The position numbers and the translations under genes were made by a program. Below the pieces are notes generated by a model. It did no database searches. It saw only the letters and a list, made by a program, of their open reading frames with translations, and was not told the origin of the DNA. A stretch of 64,000 nt of DNA, taken from Scyliorhinus canicula. Its lineage: Eukaryota. The stretch lies in assembly GCF_902713615.1 (NCBI RefSeq), contig NC_052152.1:65568818-65632817 (forward strand), read 5' to 3'. This document shows, in pieces, positions 34,520-46,035 of the stretch (the stretch's first letter is position 1; each line of letters opens with the position of its first letter).

Positions 34520-37500
34520 TTATTTCCAGGGCTGGAGGGTGGGTGAGTGCCACGGAGAGGGGATACCTGGAGAGATGGGCCAAGGATTTGGAGGTCGGCG
34601 GCATTACGCAGGAAAGTGACAGAGGCATCACACTAGTTGTGCACAAAGGTGTTTATTGTGTTTTCCAATTCCCCACCCTCCTGATGGTGCTGCCCACCTG
34701 TACCCCCAGCTCCCACACCGCCTACCTACCCCCCACCTCCTCCCCCGATGCCCTTAGTGACCCTTGATGTGCTTAGCCCTCCTAACTCTACCACTACATC
34801 AATGTGTGTTCCCAGGATGCGCATCTGAGGTGGAGGCAACCAGCTTCTTACCACATCCCGTAGCCATCAATGCCCTGGCAGGCATCCTCTGTGGGTTCTG
34901 AGGCTGGAGGGCCCTGGCTGACTTGTCACTGGCACATGCACAGAAGTGCCGCCCTGCCCTGTGTGCCAACTCTGAGACGCAGCCTCATCAGAGGGGTGGA
35001 CCTCAGGGAGCTGGTGGCCACCGACACCACTCCATGGGATTAGTCCAGGTTGGCAGCCGACGCCCCCTCCACTCGATTGGTGCCCATAGGGCCCTGGTAT
35101 AAGCTCTGGCAGCCCCTGCATCATCTGGCTTTGCCAGCCCTGGCGGTTCCCCATGGTCTGCACCATCGTGTTGATGCTCTCGGCTATGCTACTCGGTGAT
35201 TGGTCCATGCTCTGCAGCATCTTGGCAATTCCCACCTGTAACTGGGACATGCTCCACAGCGCCTCAACCATTCCCATCTGAGAGCGGTACATGTCCTGCA
35301 AAGTCGCATCAAGGGCAGCCTGTTACTGGGTTACATTCCCCAGTGAGTCGAACATTCTGCCGAGACCCTCAGCTATGGCCGTCCCAGACTGAGCGATGCC
35401 TTGGACACCTTTGCTAATGGTGCCGATGTCGTGCACCAGGCTCTCCACTGCGGTCACCACCCTAGCAGTGTTGGCCTCGGTGCCACGCATGACCGGTGAC
35501 AGCTCCAGTGCCCGTAGCCTCTGGGACTCCTCCAAGTGGCAATGGATCTGTTGGGGAGACACTGATATCTCCCTCTGAATGTCCCGGCTGCACCCTAATG
35601 TCTCCATCAGCTCTGGGATGACCTCTTCCACAGGCTCAGCATCAGGTTGGAACATAGCTGGGTCATGGATCCAGCAGATCTCCGACTGCTGTCTCGCCTG
35701 GGGATTCCTGCCTCCACCTGATGTACATCAGCAGCAGTGTGGTGCTCACCAGATTGTGCCCCAGAAGCTTGGCCACTAACATTTCTCACTGAGGTGCATG
35801 TATTGGCGCTGGTGGAGGGTGTAATGTGACTATTCCTGATGCAACCATCAAATCACTCAAAGACACGAGAAGAAGCAAACCGAGGTTTTAATCAGTTTAG
35901 AACAGTGCCTGCCTGTGACTGGTACAATACTGTGAACTGCCGACAGGTCAACTGCTCTTTATACTCCCTTTCAAGGGGAGGGGCCATGGGCGGACCCCGT
36001 ATATGCCCCAACATATCCCCCTGTGGGTGAAGCCACGCAATGGCCCATAGGTGGAGCCCACAAGGTCAACAACAGAACATAGCTGTAACACAATGGCAGA
36101 ACATGATAATAATACACCGGTGAATTACTAGTACTATACATTCACCCCCTGTTAAAAAAGTGAAGTCCGGCTGGGGTGATGGGCTCATACGTTCAGCCGG
36201 TCCGGTGCACGGATTGTGCGCTGCGATCGCCGAAGCACTGGTGTTTCTGTTGGTCCGGTTGTCGGGCTCATCCGTGCTGGCATCGGAAGTGGGGCCGGTG
36301 CGGGCACAGGCGTGGACTCTGGGAGCGTCTCTTCTGGAGCTTCATTTGGACCGGTGTGGCAGGCGGGAGGGAGCGCGGGAGCCATATAGGGGTGGAGGCG
36401 CTGGACATGGTAGGTTGGGCGGCTTTTAGTGGGGGGCTGAGATGGTGGTGGTGGTGATGGAACCTGTGGGCGCCAGGTCACGGAGGGAGATGGTATCTTG
36501 TCGGCCATCTGGGTGTTTGACATAAGCATACTGGGGGTTAGAGTGCAGGAGCTGGACCCTCTCTACTAGCGGGTCGGTCTTATGGCTCCTGATGTGTTTT
36601 CTGAGGAGGACTGGTCCCGGTATCTTCAGCCAGGATGGAAGCGAGGCCCCTGAGGTAGCTCCCCTAGGGAAAGCAAACAAGCGGTCATGAGGAGTCTCGT
36701 TCGTGGCCGTGAAAAGGAGGGACTTGATAGAGTGGAGCGCTTCGGGGAGGACCTCCTGCCAGTGAGAAACTGGGAGATTCCTGGACCGCAGGGTCAGTAG
36801 GACGGTCTTCCTGACCGTCGCGTTCTCCCTCTCCACCTGCCCGTTTCCCCTGGGGTTATAACTGGTAGTCCTGCTTGAGGCAATGCCCTTACTGAGCAGG
36901 TACTGATGCAGTTCGTAGCTCATGACCGAGCCCCGGTCGCTGTGGACATAACTGGGGAAACCAAACAGGGTGAAGACACTATTCAGGGCTCTAATGACAG
37001 GGGACGTAGTCATATCAGGGCAGTGGATTGCAAATGGGAAGCGGGAGAACTCATCTATGATGTTGAGGAAATATGTATTGCAGTTATTGGAGGGGAGGGG
37101 CCCTTTGAAATCGATACTGAGGCGTTCAAAGGGCCAGGATGCCTTTACCAGGTGGGCCTTATCCGGTCGACAGAAGTGTGGTTTACACACGGCACAGATT
37201 TGGCAGACCCTGGTCATAGTTCTGACCTCGGTGGAGTAAGGCAGGTTGCGGGCCTTGATTTAATGGACGAGCCAGGTGACCCCTGGGTGGCAGAGGTCAT
37301 CGTGGGTAACCCGAAGCCGGTCACCTTGCGCGCTGGCGCATGTGCTGCGGGACAGGGCATCTGGGGGCTCGTTGAGCTTCCCAGGACGATATACAATATC
37401 GTAGTTATAGGTGGAGAGTTTGATCCTCCACCTCAAGATCTTATCGTTCTTGATTTTACCCCGCTGCGTATTGTCGAACATGAAGGCTACCAATCGTTGG

Positions 37501-39400
37501 TCGGTGACAAGTGTAAACCTCATACCCGCGAGGTAGTGCGTCCAGTGCCGCACGGCTTCCACGGTGGCTTGGGCTCCTTTTTCGACTGAGGAGTGTCAAA
37601 TTTCCGAGGTGGTGAGGGTGTGCGAAAAGAACGCTTACCGGTCTGCCTGCTTGGTTGAGGGTGGCAGCGAGGGCGTCCTCTGATGCGTCGCTCTCCACCT
37701 GAAAGGGGACGGACACGTCCACCGCGCGCATTGCGGCTTTGGCGATGTCCGCCTTGATGCAGCTGAAGGCCTAGCGGGCCTCAGTTGCCAGTGGCTAGAT
37801 GGTGGCCTTGATTAGTGGCGGCCCCAGTTGGTCGAGCGTGGCGGGCAGTGAGGAAGATGGCGTCCAAGATGGCGGCCCCCATGGATCGCACGTGGCCGGC
37901 TGCGTAGGGAAGGATGGCCAAGATGGCGGCACCTGTGCATCGCACGTGCTATGAGGGCTGGAATATGGCCGCCCCCACTGATAGCACAAGGCTGATGATG
38001 CGTCTGCAAGGGGCGGAGTCGGCAGACACGCTGTCACACTGCGGGGTCTGCGGGCCTGTGAGTCTGAGGATCGGGCCTGTGAGCTCCAGTTCTTAGACCT
38101 GGCCAGGCAGACTTTGGCGAAATGTCCTTTTCTCCCGCAGCTGCTGCCGTTCGCGTTGCGGGCCGGGCAGTACTGTTGGGATTGTTGAGACCTGCTGCAA
38201 AAATAGCAGGGTAGCCTCCCATGATGGGCGGTCGGCTGCGCGGCGCAGGCCTGGGGTAGTCTTTGGTCGGGGGACCATGAGGGGGTCGCGTAGTCAGCCG
38301 GGAACGTGGTAAGGCTCTGAAACGTAACTTCCATCGAGATGGCTGACTTTACCGTGTCATCCAGGTCCTGGGCCCCCTTTTAGAGCAAGCGCTGTCTCAC
38401 ATAATTCGACCGGACTCCCGCCACGTCGACATCTCGGATGGCGAGTTCCATGTTTTAAGTGGCTATAATGGCCTGGGAATTACAGTTGCATGCTAGTGCT
38501 TTGAGGTTGCGTAGGTAGTCATCTAGCGACTCCCCGGGGCGCTGGCAGCGAGTGGTGAAGATGTGTCGCGCGTAGACCTCGTTCATGGGCCGTACGTAGA
38601 GGCCTTCGAGCATCACGAGGGCGTCTGCATAGGAGGAGGCCTCACCGAGCTGAACAGAAATGTAATGGCTCACCCGTGCGTGGAGGAGGCTCAGTTTCTG
38701 TTCATTGGTGACGGAAGGTGTGGAAGAGGCAGCGAGATAGGCCTTGAAGCATCGAAGCCAGTGTGAAAAAATTTATTTTGCCTCCGCAGCCTGCGGATCG
38801 AGTTCCAATCGATCAGGTTTGAGGGCTGATTCCATAGTTGTATTTAAGCTGATTAAATTGATGCGACCATCAAATCACTCAAAGACACGAGAAGAAGCAA
38901 ACCGAGGTTTTAATCAGTTTAGAACAATGCCTGCCTGCGACTAGTACAATACTGTGAACTGCCTACAGGTCAACTGCTCTTTATACTTCCTTTCAAGGGG
39001 GGGAGACATAGGCGGAGCCCATGCATGCCCCCAACATATCCCTCTGTGGGTGAAGCCACACACTGGCCCATAGGTGGAGCCCACAAGGTCAACAACATAA
39101 CATAGCTGTAACACAATGGCAGAACATGATACTAACACACTGGTTAATTACTAGTACTATACATTCACCACAATTACAGTGGCATCCTCAGAGCTCTCTT
39201 CTGAGGTGATCCCCGTGGGAGACTGGAGAGGGGACAACACGGGATGAGCCGGCGCCATTGGCTGGAGGAGGATGGAAATGCGGGCAGTGGGATGGATTGA
39301 TCAGTCAGTAAGGCAATAGCAATTCACATTTGACAGATCCTCCGGGTGGGGTCCAGTGGTTCCTCACTGTTCTGTTTGGTCTTTTATACCTTATGAAGGA
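34520..39400 (-). mobile_element. Second Harbinger ORF2 remnant (34520-35836 and 39173-39400) interrupted by Gypsy provirus A1
   Basis: ORF 35323-35655 LSPVMRGTEANTARVVTAV matches PVMRATQANTARVV in the 17245 element; an upstream acceptor-like tract lies at ~39270-39290. Confidence 0.7.
35837..39172 (-). mobile_element. Ty3/Gypsy provirus A1, deleted for protease and RT
   Basis: LTRs 38859-39172 (5') and 35837-~36146 (3'); TSD attcc/attac; gag with CSSCGRKGHFAKVC knuckle joined directly to RNase H (VESDAS...WTHYL) and integrase (LSIDFKG...DRG...ERENA); PPT aacagggggtgaa. Confidence 0.93.
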
Positions 39401-39416
39401 ATCTACCAAACACCTA

Positions 39417-40293
39417 CAGTGGGATTCTCCTTTCTGGGGACTAAGTCCCCACGCCGGCGGGAGAACCGGTGCCAACCAGTCCGGCATCAACAGCCCCCCG
39501 AAAGTGCAGAATTCTCTGCACTTTCGGGAGCCAGGTGGATGCCGGTGGGGCTGGTGTCGCTCAAGCCACGGCTGAACGGACAGCGCGAGTTCGTGCATGC
39601 ACCGAATGGCCGGCGTGATCACACACATGAGTGGAACCGCTGGCGTGGTTCTGCACCGGCCGGAGTATTTTGCCGCATGCGCGGGGGTTCTCTTCTCCAC
39701 GTCAGCCATGGCGGAGCCCTATATGTTCAAAGATGTGCAGGTTAGGTGGATTGGCCATGATAAATTGCCCTTAGTGTCCAAAATTGCCCTTAGTGTTGGG
39801 TGGGGTTACTGGGTTATGGGGATAGGGTGGGGGTGTTGACCTTGGGTAGGGTGCCCTTTCCAAGAGCCGGTGCAGACTCGATGGGCCGAATGGCCTCCTT
39901 CTGCACTGTAAATTCTATAATAGTTCTATGAACGCGGAAGGAAGAAGTGCCCCCATGGAACAGGCCCGCCTACAGATCGGAGGGCCCCGATTGCAGGCCA
40001 GGCCACACCGTTGGGGTTGAATCCCCCCGCGCCCCCGAGGACCAGCCCCGCCGACGTACCAGCCAGGTCCCGCCGTGTGAGACCATGCGTAACCCCTTCG
40101 ACGAGACTGGCCAAAACGGACGGCCGCTCGGCCCATCGGGGCCCGGGAATTGCCGTGCGGCCGCTGCCAATGGCTCCCAACTGGCCTGGCGTGAAACCCC
40201 CCCGCGCCTGAAAAATGGCGCCGGAGAATACGGCAGCCGGCGTCAGGGTGGTGGGGCAGGATTCACACCACCACCCGGGGATTCTCCGACCCT
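39417..40293. mobile_element. Harbinger-type MITE (inverted relative of 29936-30677) carrying a V-SINE 3' half at ~39726-39928
   Basis: Reverse complement of ~40200-40293 matches 29975-30070; left TIR gtgggattctcc. Confidence 0.75.
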
Positions 40294-40294
40294 A

Positions 40295-40912
40295 GGGTGG
40301 GATTCTTCCAATGCCGACGCAAAAATCATGTTCGGCGATTGGCCGGAGAATCCGTTTTTACCCCGAAATCGGGGGCAGCACCATTTTTCAGATTCTCCGC
40401 CCCCTCAAAAATGGTGTAATCACTGAGTATGCCGCACGCCATCGGAACGGCCTCAGGACGTCACCTGAGGCCTTCTCCCGATGCTCTGCCCTCGATCGGC
40501 CAACTTCCCGACAGCGTCAGTTGCGTGTGCTCACAGTTTTCGGGGACCTCGCGTGGCGGATGCAGATTGTGTCCCGCACCAGTCGGGGTGGGGGGGGGGA
40601 AGCTGTTCCGCTGGCAGGGGGGGGGGGGCTTCAGTGGGGGCTTGGGGGACTGGTGGGGAGTGGTCCGGGGGTGGCGAGGGGGGGTTATAGGGGCACACTA
40701 TCTGGCAGGCTGGGTCCGTGCACGACCAGCTCCATGTTGTACAGCACATCCGCTGCATGTCGTTGACGTGTGCATCTGCAGGTAAAGCCGGGACATGGCA
40801 CGGCTGCTTGCCCCCCACTGGGTGGAGCATCGGTGCGGGTGTGGCGCCGACCTTTTGGTTGTAAGACAGTCACATGCTCGGGACATAGTCTCAAAATTGG
40901 ATAATCCAGCCC
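40295..40912. mobile_element. Harbinger-type MITE
   Basis: TIR gggtgggattcttcc / ggataatccagccc; no clear TSD. Confidence 0.7.
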
Positions 40913-40984
40913 CACGACCTTTCCAAAACATTACTGAAGGAAATACAATCAGATCAAGGGTTATTTAAAGAGGACATGAATAGC

Positions 40985-41160
40985 CTGGAGATAAAACAAT
41001 GCAAATCATTGCCGTATCATCCAGAGTCACAGGGAGTGTTAGAGAAGTGACATTAGACTTTGAAAACTATAATGAGAGTGTCTAGTCAAGATTACCCTCA
41101 TGATTGGGACAAAGGCACTCCATTTTTATTATTTGCCATTCGGGATGCGCCAAACGATTT
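40985..41160 (+). mobile_element. Gypsy integrase core remnant (different lineage)
   Basis: YHPESQGVLEK*H*TLKTIM...DWDKGTPFLLFAIRDAPN. Confidence 0.7.
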
Positions 41161-41827
41161 TACCTGATTGAGACATCTAGAGGAATAATGAGATGCGATT
41201 GGCCCAATTACGAGATAAACAGGCACCCAGGAACATTGAGGTGTGAATGGCCATATCAGAAACATTGTTTACTAAAGGTCAGTGGGCTAGACAAATTATA
41301 TCTTCTAAAGGCAAGGAATTCGAGTGACGTAGACAGCCGAATCCACAGGGTGAGCTATCAAAGAGACTGAACAATATAACTGCTAGATCCTCATTGAGAA
41401 AGGAGGCTAGTTCTTCATCTAATAGTCAGACAGGCCATTTTCAACTGTGATCCGAGCCATGGAGGCCTGTTCCAGCTAATATTTAGAGCCAATGCAGATT
41501 GCATATAGTCTCCGCTAAAAGGTGCAGTTTCGTGCCTTTGCTGAATCAGGAAAAGATATTTCCCAGACTTGTTCACCAAAGTGGTATTATTTGGTAACTA
41601 TTAACTCAATGTGACCCATATAGATTTGCTAAAATCGGATATAGCTTGGTGAAAGGAATGTTTCAGTGAGTTCAGGAAATGTGGGTATATTTTGGGAACA
41701 AGAGATGCTTTCAGATAAAACCGCATGTTTAGCTATTAGTATATTCAAGTGTCATAAGTAGTCTTTTGTCGCGTGTTTTTTCTTTATTTTTACTTTAAAA
41801 AATATTCTTGATTAATTGTGTACACAA

Positions 41828-44800
41828 TGATGCGACCATGGGGCAGCACGGTGGCACATTGGTTAGCATTGCTGCCTACGGCGCTGAGGACCCGGGTTTG
41901 AATCCCGACCCTGGGTCACTGTCTGTGTGGAGTTTGCACATTCTCCCCGTGCCTGCGTGGGTTTCACCCCCACAACCCAAAGATCTGCAGGTTAGGTGGG
42001 TTGGTCACGTTAAATTGCCCCTTATTTGGAAAAAAAATAATTGGGTACTTTAAATTTAAAATAAATGATGCGACCATCAATTCATTCAGAGACACGAGTT
42101 GAAGTAAACTGTGGCTTTAATCGGCTTACAACTGAGCCTGCCTGCGACTGTGCTGACCTGAGGGCGAACTTGAAGGACCGCAGACCTTATACTTCCTGCT
42201 GGGGGCGGAGCCAATGGCGGAGCCCTGTACATGCTCCTCATCTCCCCCTGTGGGCAGAGCCGCGCAACGGCTCACAGATGGAGCCCACAGGGACACAGTA
42301 ATATACACTGTGAATTTATAGTGGTTACACATTCACCACATTCACCCCCTGTTAAAAAATCAAGTCCGGCGGGGGTGATGGGTCTACAAGTTCAGTCGAT
42401 CCGGCGCCCGAATCGTGCGTTGAGACCAACGAAGCACTGGAGTTGCAGCCGTTTCGGATGGCTGTGGAAGGATGTTCGGTGCGAGTCCGAGAGTGGACTC
42501 CGGGGGTGGTTCTTCCAGAGCTTTGTTCCTGCGGACCGGTGTGACGGGTGGAAGGGGGCACAGGAAGCAAGTAGGTGCAGGGGTGCAGGGCATGGGAGGT
42601 CGGGCGGGGTGTAGTGTGGGAGGTACATCGGCATTACTGGTAGTGGTAGTAGATCCTGCGGGTGCCAGGTCCTGGAGGGAAACGGTGTCCTGTCGGCCAT
42701 CGGGGTGTTCGACAAACGCGTAGTGGGGGTTTGAGTGCAGGAGCAGGACCCTCTCTACCAGGGGATCTGTCTTATGTGTCCGGACGTGTTTCCGAAGGAG
42801 GACAGGGCCCGGTGTCCTCAACCAGGATGGAAGCGAGGCCCCCGTGGTAGTGCCCCTAGGGAAGACAAATAATCGATCATGAGGAGTCTGGTTTGTGGCC
42901 GTACAAAGGAGGGACCTAATTGCATGGAGAGCATAGGGGAGGACCTCCTGCCAGTGGGAGGTCGGGAGATTCCTGGACCGTAGGGTCAATAGGACGTTGC
43001 GTTCTCCCCCTCCACCTGCCCGTTCCCCCCAAAGTTATTGTTGGTAGTCCTGCTCGAGGCGATGCCCTTGCCGAGCAGGTACTGACGCAGTTTGTCGCTC
43101 ATGAAGGACGAACCACTGTCACTGTGGACGTAGCTGGGGAAACCGAACAGGGTGAAGACACTGTGCAGGGCTCTGATGACTGTATGGGAGGTCATATCGG
43201 GGCTTGGGATGGCAAACGGGAAACGGGAGAACTCATCTATAATATTGAGAAAGTAGATGTTACGGTTGTTCGAAGGGAGGGGCCCTTTGAAATCAATACC
43301 CAGTCATTTAAAGGGCCGGGATGCCTTTACCAGGTGGGCCTTGTCTGGTCTATAGAAGTGCGGTTTACACTCCGCGCAGATTGGGCAATTCTTGGTGACG
43401 GCTTTAACCTCCTCGGTGAAGAAAGGCAGATTGCGGGTCTTGATTTAGTGGGCGAGCCGGGTGACCCGCGGGTGGCAGAGGTCATTGTGGATAGCCTGTA
43501 GTCGGTCATCTTGCGCGCTGTCGCATGTGCCGCGGGACAGGGCATCTGGGGGCTCATTGAGCTTCCCAGGACGATATACGATATCATAATTATAGGTGGA
43601 GAGTTCGATCCTCCATCACAAGATTTTGTCATTCTTGATTTTGCCCCGCTGCGAGTTGTCAAACATAAAGGCAACCGATCTCTGGTCAGTGATGAGGGTA
43701 AACCTCCTACCAGTGAGGTAGTGCCTCCAGTGCCATACGGCTTCCACAATGACTTGGGCTTCCTTTTTGACTGAGGAGTGTCGAAGTTCCGAAGCGGAGA
43801 GGGTCCGGGAAAAGAACGCTACTGGCCTACCTGCCTGGTTCAGAGTGGCAGCGTGAGTGACCTCTGAGGCGTCGCTCTCCACCTGGAATGAGATGGACTC
43901 ATCTACCGGCCGCATGGCGGCTTTGCCGATGTCTAACGCAGTTGAAGGCCTGGCGAGCCTCGGCTGACAGTGGGAAGAGAGTGGCCTTAAATAGTGGGCG
44001 GACTTTGTCCGCACACTGGGGGACCCACTGGGCATAGTATGAAAAAATTCCGAGGCACCTCTTGAGGGCCTTGGAACAGTGAAGGAGAGGGAGTTGTAAG
44101 AGAGGGCGCATACGGTCAGGGTCGGGTCCTAGGACCACGTTTTCCATGACGTAGCCGAGGTTGGCAAGTCTAGTTGTGCGGAAACCGCATTTCTTCTTAT
44201 TATAGGTGAGATTCAGTTTTTGGGCGGTTTGGAGAAATTGGTGAAGGTGGGCGTTGTGGTCCTGCTGGTCATGGCCGCAGATGGTGACGTTATCCAAGTA
44301 CGGAAATGTGGCCCGCAGCCCGTACTGGTCCACCATTCAGTCCATTGCTCGTTGGAACACCGAAACCCCGTTCGTGATGCCAAAGGGAACCTGGAGGAAA
44401 TGGAAAAGGCGGCCGTCTGCCTCGAACGCTGTGTAGTGGCAGTCCTCCAGGCGGATTGGGAGCTGGTGGTATGCAGACTTCAGATCCACCGTGGAGAATA
44501 TGTGGTACTGGCCGATCTGATTTACCATGTCTGCAATCCGAGGGAGCGGGTACGCATCAAGGAGCATGAACCGGTTAACGGTATGGCTGTAATCAACCAC
44601 CATCCGGAACTTTTCCCCGGTTGTGACGACCACCACCTGAGCTCTCCAAGGGCTGTTACTGGCCTCTATGACTCCTTCACGCAAAAGACGTCGGATTTCA
44701 GATCTGATAAACACCCTGTCCTGCAGGCTATACCTCCTGCTGCGAGTGGCCATTGGTTTGCAGTTGGCGGTGAGATTAGTGAAGAGTGGAAAGGGGTCGA

Positions 44801-45937
44801 TTTTCAGAGTTGCTAGACTACATATAGTGAGTGGGGGAAGGGGTCCGCCGAAGCTGAGTGTTAGGCTCCTGAGGTTGCACTGGAAATCCAGTCCTAGGAG
44901 GAGGGGCGCGCAGAGGTCTGGGAGCACATACAGCTTTTCGCCCGCAGCTGCTGCAGGCCACGTTGCGGGCCGGGCATTGTTGCCGGGGCTGTTGGGGCTG
45001 GCCGCAAAAGTGGCACGATAGCCCTCCGTGGTGGGCGGGTGGCCGCGCGGCGCAGGCCTGGGGCAGTCTCTGGTCGGGGGTCCACGATGGAGTCGCGTGA
45101 TCGGCTGGGAATGCGGTTATGCTTTTGAAAGCGTCCTCGTATTACTGTGTCCTCCAGGTCCTGGGCCCCTTTCTCGAGAAGACGCTGCCGCACATAACTG
45201 GATAGGACACCTGCAACATCAACATCTCGGACGGCGAGTTCCATGTGTTGGGAGGCTGTCACGGCCTGGAAGTTACATTCGAGTGCTAGGGCTTTAAGGT
45301 CACGCAGATAGTCTTCTAGTGACTCTGCAGGGCGCTGGCAGCGAGTTGTAAAGATGTGCCGCGCGTAGACTTCATTCACGGGCCGCACGTACAGGCGGTC
45401 GAGGATCACGAGAGCCTCAGTATAAGAGTCAGTTACATCAAGTTGAGTTGAAATACGATGGCTCACCTGTGCGTGGAGAAGACTGAGTTTCTATTCTTCT
45501 GTAACAGAGGAGGTAGTCGACGCAGCCAAGTAGGCCTTGAAGCACCGAAGCCAATGTAAAAAAAAATTCCTTAGCTTCTGCGGCCTGTGGATCGAGTTCC
45601 AGTCGGTCAGGTTTGAGGGCTGATTCCATAGTAGTTTTTAAGTTGATTAAATTGATGCGACCATCAATTCATTCAGAGCCACAAGATGAAGTAAACTGTG
45701 GCTTTAATTGACTTTAATCGGCTTACAACTGAGCCTGCCTGCGACTATGCTGAACTGAGGGCGGATTCGCATGACCACAGCACTTATACTTCCTGCTGGT
45801 GTCGGAGCCAAGGGCGGAGCCCTGTACATGCTCCTCATCTCCCCCTGTGGGCAGAGCCGCGCAACGGCTAACAGATGGAGTCCACAGGAACACAGTAATA
45901 TACAGTGTGAATTTATAGTGGTTACACATTCACCACA
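41828..45937 (-). mobile_element. Ty3/Gypsy provirus A2, deleted for the gag C-terminus and most of protease
   Basis: 5' LTR 45653-45937; 3' LTR 41828-42340 (SINE inside); perfect TSD cacaa (41823-41827, 45938-45942). gag start MESALKPDRLELDP (45629); RT (DAYPLPRI, DLKSAYHQ, VPFG, YLDN), RNase H, integrase; PPT 42341-42353; several frameshifts. Confidence 0.95.
41840..42063 (+). mobile_element. Short V-SINE inserted 12 bp inside the LTR edge
   Basis: Perfect 14-bp TSD aatgatgcgaccat (41826-41839, 42064-42077). Confidence 0.92.
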
Positions 45938-46035
45938 CACAACGATTAGCTTGGTTTCCCACTGGGTTGTTCATTATTCAAGTTATCCTTCAGGGTTTAG
46001 AGACACTCTCGCAGGTGACATCAGTGGAGCTCTCA

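Noticed and set aside
35837-45937. Possible endogenous retrovirus with env
   Set aside because: Integrase runs straight into the PPT and 3' LTR with no env or chromodomain; domain order and motifs are Ty3/Gypsy.
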